Shown here piece by piece: positions 1-9,179 of a stretch of 64,000 nucleotides of DNA (within the stretch, counting starts at the first letter, position 1; each line of letters begins with the position of its first letter). The notes under the pieces were generated by a model. It searched no databases and was not told the origin of the DNA. It saw only the letters and a list, made by a program, of their open reading frames with translations. The stretch is from an uncultured Nitrospiraceae bacterium (GTDB lineage Bacteria; Nitrospirota; Thermodesulfovibrionia; Thermodesulfovibrionales; Dissulfurispiraceae). The stretch lies in assembly GCA_963705105.1 (NCBI GenBank), contig CAVPIW010000012.1, forward strand, positions 192,001 to 256,000, written 5' to 3'. The position numbers and the translations under genes are program-made.

Positions 1-16
1 TGAAGATCCGGGGTGG

Positions 17-2233
17 GTGGAGATATCATGGGATGAGGCTTTCGACACGATCGCGGAAAGACTGAAAAAGATCCGGGCGGAAAACCCGGCGAAGCTCGTC
101 TGGCAGGACGGGCAGGGGAGATACCTGTCCAATGCGCAGCCCCTTGCCGCTTTTTGCGCGGCTTTCGGGACACCCAATTTCATTCATCGCACCACGCTCT
201 GTATTGCATCGAGGAATATCGCCGATCAGCTTACATGGGGTTCCTTCACGATTCTGCCCGATCTCCAGCACGCCAACCTGCTCCTGAACTTCGGATCAAC
301 GTACTACGAAGGTGAGCAATGGGCACGGTGGCTGGATTACAACACCGCGTTGGCGAGGGATCGCGGCATGAAGACGATCGTCTTTGATCCCCGGATGTCT
401 GTGAATGCGGCGAAGGCTGATGAATGGGTCCCTGTCAGGCCCGGGTCCGATGCGGCTCTCATCCTTGCGATGGCGAAGCTCCTGATCGACTCCGGCAACA
501 TAGATGAGGACTTTCTCATCACCTATACGAACGCGCCCGAGCTGGTCGGGACAGACGGCGCCGTCCTGAAGGACCCTCAGGGGAAGTCGCTGGTCTTTGA
601 CGCTGCCACGAAGAGCATCAAACCCCTCGCTGATGACGTCAAGCCTGCGTTAAAGGGATCTTTCGCCTACAATGGCGCTGCGGTGAGAACGGCGTTCCAG
701 GTATTTATCGATAGCCTCAACGGGGTATCGCCCGAGTATGCGGAGAACGTGACGGGAGTGCCGGCATCGACAATACGGCGCATCACAGATGAGGTCGCCA
801 GGCAGGCAAGGATCGGCTCGACGATCGATCTCGACGGGCAGCGATTGAGGCACAGGCCCGTCGCCGTCCATACCTTCCGCGGTTTGACGGCACGGCAGCA
901 CGGCGTGCAGAACTGGCGGGCGGGGATAGTGCTGGAAATGCTCCTCGGAGGTCTTGATGCCGTCGGGGGCATGATCGTTTTTAATCCGAACAGCACACCA
1001 AAGACCCTTGAGCCGTCGAATGCCGAATACCCGCCACGCCGCGTCGATCTGGCCGGCAGCATTTACTTTCCGCATGCGACGCAGGACGTCGGTCAACAGG
1101 TGAACCTCTCACTCCTCGATCCGAAGGGTTTCGGGCTGCCCTATGAACCGGAGATGCAGCTCATCTACGGCAGCAACAGGCCTTTTTCCGCTTCCGAATC
1201 GGCCAGGCAATTTGAGGGGATGAAAAGAACATACAATGTCGTCATCGACATCGTCATGACGGAAACGGCGTGGTTCGCCGACATCGTGCTGCCCGACGAC
1301 ACCTATCTGGAGGGCTGGCACTATTCCATGACCCGCTGGGCTGTCGATGCGCGCACCATGGCGATTCGCCAGCCCGTTGTGGACAATGTGTTCAAGATTC
1401 CCTACGAGGGTCTGACGATCCTCTGGGCGCTCGCAAAACGCGCCGGCTTCAGGGACGCCTACGCGGAAGAGCTCAACAGGAAGTGGGGCCTCAAGGAAAC
1501 AAAGTTCATACAGGGGAGAGATTACAACGCCCGTGAGGCCCTTGAGATCGTGTGGACGGAACTGACGAAGAAGGATTTCAGTGTGGCCCTGGAAAAAGGG
1601 TTCGTCGGAAGGAAGCTGAACGCCGCCGACCGTTATCTCAAGGGAGTGGAAGACAAGTTCAAGGGGCCGGGCAAGCCGAAGATGAAGTTTTACGCGGACC
1701 AGCTTGTCGGCTCCTATGAGAAGATCGCCGGCAACGTAAAGAAACACGGCGTCTCAAACCTCGATCTCGACGCATACAAAGTGGCGATGTCGCCGTTGCC
1801 CCTTAAGGAACACGCGTTTCCGGCGGCACATCGCAACAGGGATGACTACCCCTTTTATTTGATCACCCACAAGGTGATGCACCGGAACCAGTCGGGAAAT
1901 ACCTGCCTGAATCCGATACTCAATGCCCTCGGCGGCACAGACACCAACAGTGTGGCCATGAATCGCTCGACTGCGCAGAAGATGCAGATCAAGACCGGCG
2001 ACACCGTCGTCATCGAAACGAAGATCGGAAAGGTGAAGGGTGTGGCGAACGTCATCGAGGGTATACGTCCCGACACCGTTGCCGTATCGTATCACTACGG
2101 GCAATGGAGTCCCGGGCTTCCTGACTACGCGAAAACGGGTATCGACATCAACAGCGTTCTTGAATTGCGGCCCGATGTCATCTCGGGTATGAACTCGTTT
2201 AACGATACGAAGTGCAGGATTTACAAGGCATAG
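17..2233 (+). CDS. Molybdopterin (bis-MGD) oxidoreductase catalytic subunit, DMSO reductase superfamily; 5' end lies outside the window
   Basis: ISWDEAFDTIAERL, FGTPN...C (candidate Cys metal ligand), DPRMSVNAAKADEWVPVRPGSD, TETAWFADIVLP and a C-terminal MGD-binding domain (GIRPDTVAV..HYG). The N-terminal FeS/Tat region is not in the window. Confidence 0.9.
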   Translation: MEISWDEAFDTIAERLKKIRAENPAKLVWQDGQGRYLSNAQPLAAFCAAFGTPNFIHRTTLCIASRNIADQLTWGSFTILPDLQHANLLLNFGSTYYEGEQWARWLDYNTALARDRGMKTIVFDPRMSVNAAKADEWVPVRPGSDAALILAMAKLLIDSGNIDEDFLITYTNAPELVGTDGAVLKDPQGKSLVFDAATKSIKPLADDVKPALKGSFAYNGAAVRTAFQVFIDSLNGVSPEYAENVTGVPASTIRRITDEVARQARIGSTIDLDGQRLRHRPVAVHTFRGLTARQHGVQNWRAGIVLEMLLGGLDAVGGMIVFNPNSTPKTLEPSNAEYPPRRVDLAGSIYFPHATQDVGQQVNLSLLDPKGFGLPYEPEMQLIYGSNRPFSASESARQFEGMKRTYNVVIDIVMTETAWFADIVLPDDTYLEGWHYSMTRWAVDARTMAIRQPVVDNVFKIPYEGLTILWALAKRAGFRDAYAEELNRKWGLKETKFIQGRDYNAREALEIVWTELTKKDFSVALEKGFVGRKLNAADRYLKGVEDKFKGPGKPKMKFYADQLVGSYEKIAGNVKKHGVSNLDLDAYKVAMSPLPLKEHAFPAAHRNRDDYPFYLITHKVMHRNQSGNTCLNPILNALGGTDTNSVAMNRSTAQKMQIKTGDTVVIETKIGKVKGVANVIEGIRPDTVAVSYHYGQWSPGLPDYAKTGIDINSVLELRPDVISGMNSFNDTKCRIYKA

Positions 2234-2243
2234 GGAGGAAGAC

Positions 2244-2933
2244 ATGCCCACATTCGTGCGATTGATAGACACCAAGAGGTGCATCGGATGCCGTACCTGC
2301 GTGGCCGCATGCATGGTCGAGAACCATTACACCCCGGGCTCTCCGTGGAATGTGCTTGTCGAGAAGGAGATGGGGTTTTACCCGAAGGTCAGGAAATTCT
2401 TCGCGACCATGGCGTGTATGCACTGCGAAGCGCCGGCGTGCAAGATGGCCTGTGACAAGGTGGGAGCATATGCCATAAACAGGAACGAGCATGGAGTGGT
2501 CCTCGTCGACTACGAAAAGTGCATCGGCTGCGGATACTGTGCAGCCGCCTGTCCCTATGGCGTCCCGCAGCTGAACGGTGAAATGCACCCGCTTTATCCG
2601 GGGCACTCGACGCCCTATGAGGCGATTGTCCCTTCCGACCGTCACCCGACTCACCGTAAGCGGCCCCGGGTGGTCGAAAAGTGCACGTCCTGCTGGCACA
2701 AACTCGAAAAGGCGGTTTCCCGCGGCAGGACGCATCTCGTGGGACAGGAGCAGGACTATACGCCTGCCTGTGATGTCGTCTGTCCCGTCCAGGCGCGTTT
2801 TTTCGGCGACCTTGATGATCCGGACAGCGAAGTTGCCAGGAGGATCAGGACGAGCGGGGCGACGCAACTGAAGAAGGAGTTCGGCACAGGGCCGCTGGTC
2901 TATTATGTGCTGGAAGGAGGTGACTCCCGATGA
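2244..2933 (+). CDS. 4x[4Fe-4S] electron-transfer subunit (DmsB/NrfC-like)
   Basis: Cys groups CIGCRTCVAAC, CMHCEAPACKMAC, CIGCGYCAAACP and CTSC...ACDVVCP; GGGAGG RBS; directly follows the catalytic subunit. Confidence 0.92.
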   Translation: MPTFVRLIDTKRCIGCRTCVAACMVENHYTPGSPWNVLVEKEMGFYPKVRKFFATMACMHCEAPACKMACDKVGAYAINRNEHGVVLVDYEKCIGCGYCAAACPYGVPQLNGEMHPLYPGHSTPYEAIVPSDRHPTHRKRPRVVEKCTSCWHKLEKAVSRGRTHLVGQEQDYTPACDVVCPVQARFFGDLDDPDSEVARRIRTSGATQLKKEFGTGPLVYYVLEGGDSR

Positions 2934-3274
2934 AGAGCATCCTGTCCGGCCTGATGATCACGATGTGCATCGCTTCATTGGCTGTCGCGGCTGATCTGCA
3001 GACGACCGCCCAGGAGTCGCAGAAGGGGAAAACAGAGACGGGCGCGAAATACTCCATGGCCCCTGACGGGCGTTTCCATACGATTCATGGAAAGGTTGTC
3101 GGCATGGATTGCAGGAACTGCCATGTGGATTTCGACGGGAAAGACCTTTTCATTGTGAGGGGTGACAGGAAACTGCCCGCATCTCAGCCCGGTCACGTGC
3201 ACAAGAGCAGGTGTCTCGGATGCCACAGGGAAGGGGGAACGGCAACGTCCCTCTATGGCGCAACGTCAAAATGA
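2930..3274 (+). CDS. Small periplasmic diheme cytochrome c
   Basis: Signal peptide (…SLAVAA); two CxxCH motifs (CRNCH, CLGCH) plus extra His residues; ATGA overlap with the upstream gene. Confidence 0.8.
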   Translation: MKSILSGLMITMCIASLAVAADLQTTAQESQKGKTETGAKYSMAPDGRFHTIHGKVVGMDCRNCHVDFDGKDLFIVRGDRKLPASQPGHVHKSRCLGCHREGGTATSLYGATSK

Positions 3275-3936
3275 CGGATCATTATTCTGACCAGTTATGC
3301 CGGCTCGCCCGGGCCAGGGCCGAGAGTTACTGGTGGTTGTCAAATCTCTACTTCGAGCTGCCGACGCCGGAAAAGGTCAGGGCCCTGAGGGAAAAAATCG
3401 AGGCCCTGGCTGACAGCACTCCCGATGCACTGACCGGTCACCTCCTGACGTTGAGATCGCTGTTTCAGGGAAGGGGTGATGATGAAATCGCAGACCGGCT
3501 GCTTCCCGAGCAAACGAGGCTTTTCGGCGGATTGCATCCTGCCTACGGTCCGCCGCCACCGTACGAATCGGTCTATCGAGGCGCTCAGTTCATGGGAGAG
3601 GTGACGCTGTCGGTGATAAGGGCTTTTCATGAGGCAGGGTTCGAACAGATCGAGACATCCGTGGGACCGGCGGACCATATTGTCTCAGAGCTGAAATTCA
3701 TGGCAGCCCTGTGTTTCAGGGAGCAGGAAGCCTGGGAAAGGGGAGAATCGGATAGGGCGCTTCAATGGGTGCTGCAGGAGAAGCGGTTCCTGGAAGATCA
3801 TATCATGAAATGGATACCGGCTTTTTGCGACGCCCTCAAGAAAAGCGCAAAAGAGCGGTATTTTGTCTGCCTCGCCGATTTGACGCGTGAGGCATGCGAA
3901 AGTGATACGGAGGCGGTGAATCATTTGTTGCAATGA
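3271..3936 (+). CDS. TorD/DmsD-family redox enzyme maturation chaperone
   Basis: PPPYESVY and PADHIVSELKFMAAL motifs, FLEDHIMKWIP; start placed at the overlapping ATG 3271. Confidence 0.88.
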   Translation: MTDHYSDQLCRLARARAESYWWLSNLYFELPTPEKVRALREKIEALADSTPDALTGHLLTLRSLFQGRGDDEIADRLLPEQTRLFGGLHPAYGPPPPYESVYRGAQFMGEVTLSVIRAFHEAGFEQIETSVGPADHIVSELKFMAALCFREQEAWERGESDRALQWVLQEKRFLEDHIMKWIPAFCDALKKSAKERYFVCLADLTREACESDTEAVNHLLQ

Positions 3937-3951
3937 TGAAGGAGACGAACT

Positions 3952-4173
3952 TCATCGAGCGGACAGACACCCCCTCCCGCAGCCTTCCTCGTCGTCGATG
4001 TCGAAAAAATCCCGCATGGCGGCATAATGGCCGTGCCGTGCATTCCGGCAGACCGGGCAATGTTTCGTGTGCTCTCTGAGACTGTACAGACACCAGGAGC
4101 CGTCGGGTTTCAGTATGCCCAGCCGTCTGGCATCCTCGCCGCATTCATGCATATGTTCGTCCTGTTTTTTCAT
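3952..4173 (-). CDS. Small Cys/His-rich hypothetical protein
   Basis: 73-aa ORF 16 nt downstream of the ThiF gene on the same strand; HCPVC motif. Confidence 0.45.
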   Translation of the reverse strand: MKKQDEHMHECGEDARRLGILKPDGSWCLYSLREHTKHCPVCRNARHGHYAAMRDFFDIDDEEGCGRGCLSAR

Positions 4174-4189
4174 TGGAAGATCATGATGC

Positions 4190-5011
4190 TCAGGCCAGTC
4201 TGACCTCTTCGATCTCCATGTCCAGCAGGTTTATGGAGAGCATCCTGCCTCTGAGAGGCGTCCCGAGGCCCGTCAGGATCTTGCAGACCTCCGCCGCCTG
4301 GAGGCTCGCGACGACGGCGGGCGTGAAAGAGGGATTGCCCAGCCTCTCTTCGACACCCCTGTCCTGGCGGCTGAGGCGATAGATGGCCTGCAGCGTCTGA
4401 TCGCCGGGAAACTGCGTCGCCACCTGCCCGTACCACCCGGCGATCGTGCCGTGGACAAGGGGGATGCCGAGGGTCTCGCAGGCCGCGGCAAGATCGAGCC
4501 GCGCCGGGATGCTGTCGAGGGCGTCAGCGACAACGGTGCAGCCGCTGAGGATCTCTCCTGCGTTGGAGCGGTCAAGAGGCCGGGCAACGGCCCTGAGGCT
4601 GACGGCAGGATTGACGGCTGCGACGCGTGCTGCCGCCGCGTCCACCTTGGACTGCCCGAGAGTCGCCACCGTTGACAGGACCTGGCGGTTCAGGTTGTGC
4701 TCCTCGAAGGCATCGCCGTCGACGGCGATCAGCCCGCCCACACCCAGACGGGCGAGTTCCTCGATGAGGTACCCCCCGAGGCCGCCGCAGCCAACGACGG
4801 CAACGGTGCTCCAAAAGAGGCGACGCTGCATCTCCGTCGTGATCGTCTGCCTGTTGCGCTGGTACCGAGCCGGAAAAAGCCCTGCCCCGAAGATCGCCTC
4901 TTCGACCTGACGGAAAGACAGGGCGAACTTTCGGGCTGCGGCGCTCTGCGTTTCATAGGACACGAGGTCGCCGGCGGCGGATGACCGCAGGTATTCGACG
5001 AGCTTCGTCAT
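4190..5011 (-). CDS. ThiF/MoeB/HesA-family adenylyltransferase
   Basis: VVGCGGLG nucleotide-binding motif, D.FEEHNLNRQ, DALDS; start at ATG 5011 next to the moaD-like stop. Confidence 0.9.
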   Translation of the reverse strand: MTKLVEYLRSSAAGDLVSYETQSAAARKFALSFRQVEEAIFGAGLFPARYQRNRQTITTEMQRRLFWSTVAVVGCGGLGGYLIEELARLGVGGLIAVDGDAFEEHNLNRQVLSTVATLGQSKVDAAAARVAAVNPAVSLRAVARPLDRSNAGEILSGCTVVADALDSIPARLDLAAACETLGIPLVHGTIAGWYGQVATQFPGDQTLQAIYRLSRQDRGVEERLGNPSFTPAVVASLQAAEVCKILTGLGTPLRGRMLSINLLDMEIEEVRLA

Positions 5012-5012
5012 T

Positions 5013-5237
5013 TCATCCTCCGCCGACGGGGGGAAAGAGCGACAGAGTGTCGCCGCCGGCAAGGACCGTGTCGAAATCCTTGTGTCTCCCGCTGATCAGG
5101 ATGAGCGCCACCTCGGCCTCGGGAATCGCGAGGTCCGTGAGAACGTCCCTGACAGTCGCGCCGGCAGTGAACTCCCTCTCGGCAACAGGGAATCGCCCTT
5201 CCCGTAACGTTGCAAAGAGCTTGACCTTAATGATCAC
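5013..5237 (-). CDS. MoaD/ThiS-family sulfur carrier
   Basis: IKVKLFATLR...GDTLSLFPPVGGG with C-terminal Gly-Gly; GTG start at 5237 overlaps the upstream gene. Confidence 0.88.
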   Translation of the reverse strand: MIIKVKLFATLREGRFPVAEREFTAGATVRDVLTDLAIPEAEVALILISGRHKDFDTVLAGGDTLSLFPPVGGG

Positions 5238-5880
5238 GGCATCGGTCCTCAGCAGCCGCAGGCTCCGCAAGGACTGCGACCCTGAGCAGGATGGCCCCGT
5301 CGCCGGTCCCTGCCAGAAGGGAAGCAAGCTCTTCAAAACCGGCGAGGCGTCCGTCAATGCTGAGGCAGAAGGGGCCGGGCAGAAAACCATCCGGCCCATT
5401 CGTCACGATCTCCTCAAGATCCCTTTTCATGATGAGTATTCCCCGTGCAAGCAGCAGGGGGCCGATCTCCTCCATCACCATGTTGAAGAGCTTGAGCCTG
5501 ATCGTTCCAGTGCCGCCTTTGCGGCAAATCCCTGTTCCCCGGTAACTGATGGAGTCGCGGAAGGACGCATAGGCCCCGCCCTTTCTCATGGTGGCGCCGA
5601 CCAGTCCTGGCAGCGCTCCCGACAGTGACAGCCGGGATCCGTGATCAAGCAATGCCGCGTCGAGATCGTCGACGGGCATCCCGTTGAGAAAGACCGTGCT
5701 GATCCTGCTGTCCACGTACTCCGCGCCGATTCCCAGCTCATCGCACAGAAACGAGCGCACGCTGCAGCCCGGCAGGCAGCCCATGGCGAAGCCCGCCTGC
5801 AGGATCCTGTAAAAGACCGGGTAAGATCCGGATTGTATCGTGAACGTCACCGATGTCCCGGCCTGCTCCAATGTTGTCAC
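5227..5880 (-). CDS. Hypothetical protein in the AOR cluster
   Basis: 217-aa ORF between aor and moaD-like gene, same strand; central VFLNGMPVDDLD...GSRLSLSG looks ubiquitin-like. Confidence 0.7.
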   Translation of the reverse strand: MTTLEQAGTSVTFTIQSGSYPVFYRILQAGFAMGCLPGCSVRSFLCDELGIGAEYVDSRISTVFLNGMPVDDLDAALLDHGSRLSLSGALPGLVGATMRKGGAYASFRDSISYRGTGICRKGGTGTIRLKLFNMVMEEIGPLLLARGILIMKRDLEEIVTNGPDGFLPGPFCLSIDGRLAGFEELASLLAGTGDGAILLRVAVLAEPAAAEDRCRDH

Positions 5881-5966
5881 TGCCCCCCGGCTATTGCCGA
5901 TCTTTCCCTGTCTTTCCGAAACGATACGAAGGAGGAGAGAACGGGGCCCCTCCCCTGTGATGCAAT

Positions 5967-7703
5967 TCAGAAATTGAACACCTTGTCAAGGTCTTCGTCC
6001 CTCACCTGAAAGGTGACGTTGTGCGGCGCCACCGGCTCCGTCGAGAAGAAACGGGGAAGACGGTCATGTGAAGAGTTGAAACCCGCTTTGGTATTGAATT
6101 CGCGTTCGGCGCGCAGGATCTTCTTGCCGAGCTCTACCACATCGTCGGCCGTGAGATTCCAGCCGTAAAAGCTGTTGAGAAGATCGATGAGCGCCTGGAA
6201 TGTTTCGGGCTGGTCGAGCACGGCAAAGGCGATGAAGAGGCACATGCCCGTCGCGTCCACCGCTGCCGTGGCGATCTGGAGATTCCGGGAAAGCTCGATC
6301 TGTCCCTCGGGCTTCAGCGGATCGACATATCCGCCCACCTTCAGGATGTTCGTTGCCACGGCATACCCGGCAGTATGGTCGGCCCCCATGGTGCTCGTTG
6401 CATAGGTGACGCCGATCCCCTGGACGGCCCGGGGGTCATATGCGGGCATCGCCTGCCCCTTGACGACAGGCACCCGCTCGACGCCGAACACCCTGCCCGT
6501 CACCGCAGCGCCGCTTCCCAGGATCCTGCCGAGATGCGTTCCCTTGCCGACTTCGTTGATGAGCCTGATCGCACCCTCGGCGTCTCCGAAGGGGAGGAGG
6601 CCCGCTTCCATTGCGACGCCGATGGTGACTCCCATTTCTATGGTGTCGAGCCCATAGTTGTCATCGAGGAAGTCGAGCTTCGCAATGGCGTCCATGTCGG
6701 CGATGCCGCAATTGCCGCCGTGGGCCCAGACCGTCTCATACTCAGGCTGCTTGGTCATGTAGTGCCCGTCCTTGTCCACATAAGTGCCGGAACACTGGAT
6801 GGCGCAGCCGCTGTGGCAGCCCTTCGTCGCGACGCCGCCGCGCCTGGTCTCGATCTCGGCCAGCGTTTCACCGCTTATCCTGTCGGCATGGGGGAAACTC
6901 CCTTCTTTGAAGCTGTAAGTCGGATACCCGCCGGCTTCACTCAGGATGTTCGTCAGGACGTTCGTTCCGTATTTCGGCAGCGCCTGGCCCGTGACGGCAT
7001 GGCTTTTCAGTCCCGCCGTGAAGCGCTTGTTGGCATCCCTGAACTTCTCGGGGTCCTTCGGCTGGCGGAACTTCAGATCTCCCCTGTCCAGGACGATGGC
7101 CTTGACGCCCTTCGACCCCATGACGGCGCCGACACCGCCCCTGCCGGCGTGGCGCGCCGGCCGCAGCTCCGTGTCCGTGATCGCAATGGAAGCGGCGCAG
7201 AGCTTCATCTCTCCGGCAGGGCCGATGGAGATGCAGGCGATCTTGTCGCCGTACCGCTCTTTCATCTTCTCCACGAGATCATAATTGGGCATCATTTTCA
7301 GGCTGTTGTCGACCCCGATCGCAACGCCCTTGGGACTGATGTGGATCGTGCAGATGTCGTCCGTGGCCGGCTTGCCCTCGAGCACGATGGCGGCATATCC
7401 CAGCCTTGCCAGGAAGGCCGCGGCCTGGCCGCCCGAATTGGATTCCTTGATGGTGCCGGTGAGGGGGCTCTTGCAGCCCACCGAGAGCCGGCCCGACGAC
7501 ACGGCGGCGCTGCCGCTGAGCAGGCCGGGAGCGATGACAAGCTTGTTCTCCGCGCCCAGAGGATGGCAGAGGGGCGGCACCTCTCTGGCCACAAGAAGGG
7601 AGGTCAGAGCCCTGCCTCCGAGCCCGGCATACTCTCCCATCGGTGTCTCCGTCACTTTTGGACCGCCCTCGGCCCCCACATCGATTCTCAGAATTCTGTC
7701 CAT
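5967..7703 (-). CDS. aor: Aldehyde:ferredoxin oxidoreductase family protein (tungstopterin)
   Basis: KSPLTGTIKESNSGG, SIGPAGE, AGRGGVGAVMGSKGVKAI, C..GCAIQC, PEYET, GLDTIEMG; GGAGG RBS. Confidence 0.93.
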   Translation of the reverse strand: MDRILRIDVGAEGGPKVTETPMGEYAGLGGRALTSLLVAREVPPLCHPLGAENKLVIAPGLLSGSAAVSSGRLSVGCKSPLTGTIKESNSGGQAAAFLARLGYAAIVLEGKPATDDICTIHISPKGVAIGVDNSLKMMPNYDLVEKMKERYGDKIACISIGPAGEMKLCAASIAITDTELRPARHAGRGGVGAVMGSKGVKAIVLDRGDLKFRQPKDPEKFRDANKRFTAGLKSHAVTGQALPKYGTNVLTNILSEAGGYPTYSFKEGSFPHADRISGETLAEIETRRGGVATKGCHSGCAIQCSGTYVDKDGHYMTKQPEYETVWAHGGNCGIADMDAIAKLDFLDDNYGLDTIEMGVTIGVAMEAGLLPFGDAEGAIRLINEVGKGTHLGRILGSGAAVTGRVFGVERVPVVKGQAMPAYDPRAVQGIGVTYATSTMGADHTAGYAVATNILKVGGYVDPLKPEGQIELSRNLQIATAAVDATGMCLFIAFAVLDQPETFQALIDLLNSFYGWNLTADDVVELGKKILRAEREFNTKAGFNSSHDRLPRFFSTEPVAPHNVTFQVRDEDLDKVFNF

Positions 7704-7737
7704 GGTACCCTCCTTTGTTCACCCTGAAAGACCGTTC

Positions 7738-7803
7738 GAGTGTCGGTGAAAGGAATGCATCTCAAATCTTTCTCGCGCAAAGCCGCAAAGAGCGCAGAGA
7801 AAG
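7738..7803 (+). repeat. Micro-array module: hexamer-array end plus 9-nt array
   Basis: GAGTGTCGGTGAAAGGAA then CGCAAAGCCGCAAAGAGCGCAGAG; the same combination occurs at 19714-19804 and 57374-57448. Confidence 0.7.
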
Positions 7804-7897
7804 AACTGTCTGCTTTATTATAATTGATGATACCATAGAGAAAAGCTTTCAGTTGACATGCCACTTTGAGATGAAAGCGGCCGGACGGAGGCATGTG

Positions 7898-8797
7898 ATG
7901 GCGGAATACGGAATAGTGGTTCACGGCGGTGTCTGCACCCCGAAAGAGCATGCCGACGGCTGCGAAGAGGCTTGCCGGATCGGTCTCGCCATGCTCGCCT
8001 CGGGAGCGTCGGCGCTGGACGCGGCCGTTGAGGCGGTCAGCATGATGGAAGATGACGGGAGATTCAACGCGGGAAGCGGGTCGGTGCTCCGCATCGACGG
8101 CAGGACACGACAGATGGACGCGGCGGTGATGGACTCCACGGGCAGGATCGGGGCGGTGATCGCCATAGAAGACATCAGGAATCCCGTGCTCGCAGCCAGG
8201 GCAGTCCTCGAAACGCCTCACGTGGCGCTGGCCGGGAAAGGGGCGACCACATTCGCCGTCCAGAGGGGCTTTGCACCTATTGGCGAGGCACCCGAGCGGG
8301 TTTTGAAAAGATTCGAAAGGCTGCGAGATGCCGTCAACGCCGGGAAAATCGGCGCCGAGTACCTGTCCTGGGGCGGCCGGGACCTGAGGTCTCTCTGGAA
8401 CGTCGATGGGATCGCCTATGACGAGGTCTTTTCGACGGACACCGTCGGGGCTGTCGCATTGGACAGGGAGGGTGTCTTTGCGGTGGCGACTTCGACGGGC
8501 GGCGCTTTCCCCATGATGCTCGGCAGGGTCGGTGATACACCGATGATCGGCTGCGGCTTTTACGCGGGGAAGATCGCCGCTGCGGCCTGCACGGGGATCG
8601 GCGAAGAGATCATCCGGACGATGCTTGCAAGGGACGTCTGCGACAGGATCGTCTCAGGTGCGGACCCGCGGGAAGCCTGCAATGACGCGATGCGGTCGGT
8701 GTCGCCCGATATCCCCATCGGCATTATCTGTCTGTCAGCCCGAGGCATCGGGATTGCAGCAAACCGCGAGATGGCTCACGCCTCTGCGATCATATGA
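7898..8797 (+). CDS. Isoaspartyl peptidase/L-asparaginase (Ntn hydrolase)
   Basis: IVVHGG, FNAGSG, MDAAVMD, autocleavage site D/TVGAVALD, ATSTGG, GRVGDTP; GGAGG before ATG 7898. Confidence 0.92.
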   Translation: MAEYGIVVHGGVCTPKEHADGCEEACRIGLAMLASGASALDAAVEAVSMMEDDGRFNAGSGSVLRIDGRTRQMDAAVMDSTGRIGAVIAIEDIRNPVLAARAVLETPHVALAGKGATTFAVQRGFAPIGEAPERVLKRFERLRDAVNAGKIGAEYLSWGGRDLRSLWNVDGIAYDEVFSTDTVGAVALDREGVFAVATSTGGAFPMMLGRVGDTPMIGCGFYAGKIAAAACTGIGEEIIRTMLARDVCDRIVSGADPREACNDAMRSVSPDIPIGIICLSARGIGIAANREMAHASAII

Positions 8798-8828
8798 AAG
8801 CATCGCAGGGTGCATGTCCCGGGCGCTC

Positions 8829-9179
8829 TCAACTTCTGAACTGGTCCTCCAACCTCCTGAACCTCGGTTCGTAGATAAGATCGTAGAGACTGATTTTGTC
8901 GGGCAAAAGCTCTGCTATCCTCTCCCTGAGTTTCCGCTTCTCCATCTCTATATCGATCATCGGCCAGTCGCTCCCGACGATCAGGGAAGCGATCCGGTCG
9001 GCCATGGACCGTATCTCGCTCACATTCCTGTCTTCACGGATCCGCGCAAAAAGAGCATCATCCATCAGTCGCTCATGTTTGAGCGTCACAGGCTCCCCGC
9101 ACGCGCACCTGACGGACCTGCCGAATGCAAACAGGGTGACGTCATAGCCCCTGCCACAATATGTGCACCGGACAGCCAT
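8829..9179 (-). CDS. Hypothetical protein with N-terminal Zn-ribbon-like Cys pairs
   Basis: CTYCG...CACG; start overlaps the NTPase stop. Confidence 0.7.
   Translation of the reverse strand: MAVRCTYCGRGYDVTLFAFGRSVRCACGEPVTLKHERLMDDALFARIREDRNVSEIRSMADRIASLIVGSDWPMIDIEMEKRKLRERIAELLPDKISLYDLIYEPRFRRLEDQFRS

Noticed and set aside
6375..7727. Long antisense ORFs (also 20069-21046, 24044-25282, 42166-43281, 60617-61861)
   Set aside because: Shadow frames opposite well-supported genes in GC-rich DNA, with no recognisable motifs
7643..7897. N-terminal extensions of the asparaginase, EamA, argB and S1 ORFs
   Set aside because: They run through repeats or neighbouring genes; downstream starts fit the family N-termini better
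7704..7897. Moco/Wco riboswitch upstream of aor
   Set aside because: No recognisable conserved fold; much of the interval is explained by micro-array modules. An Rfam scan would settle it.
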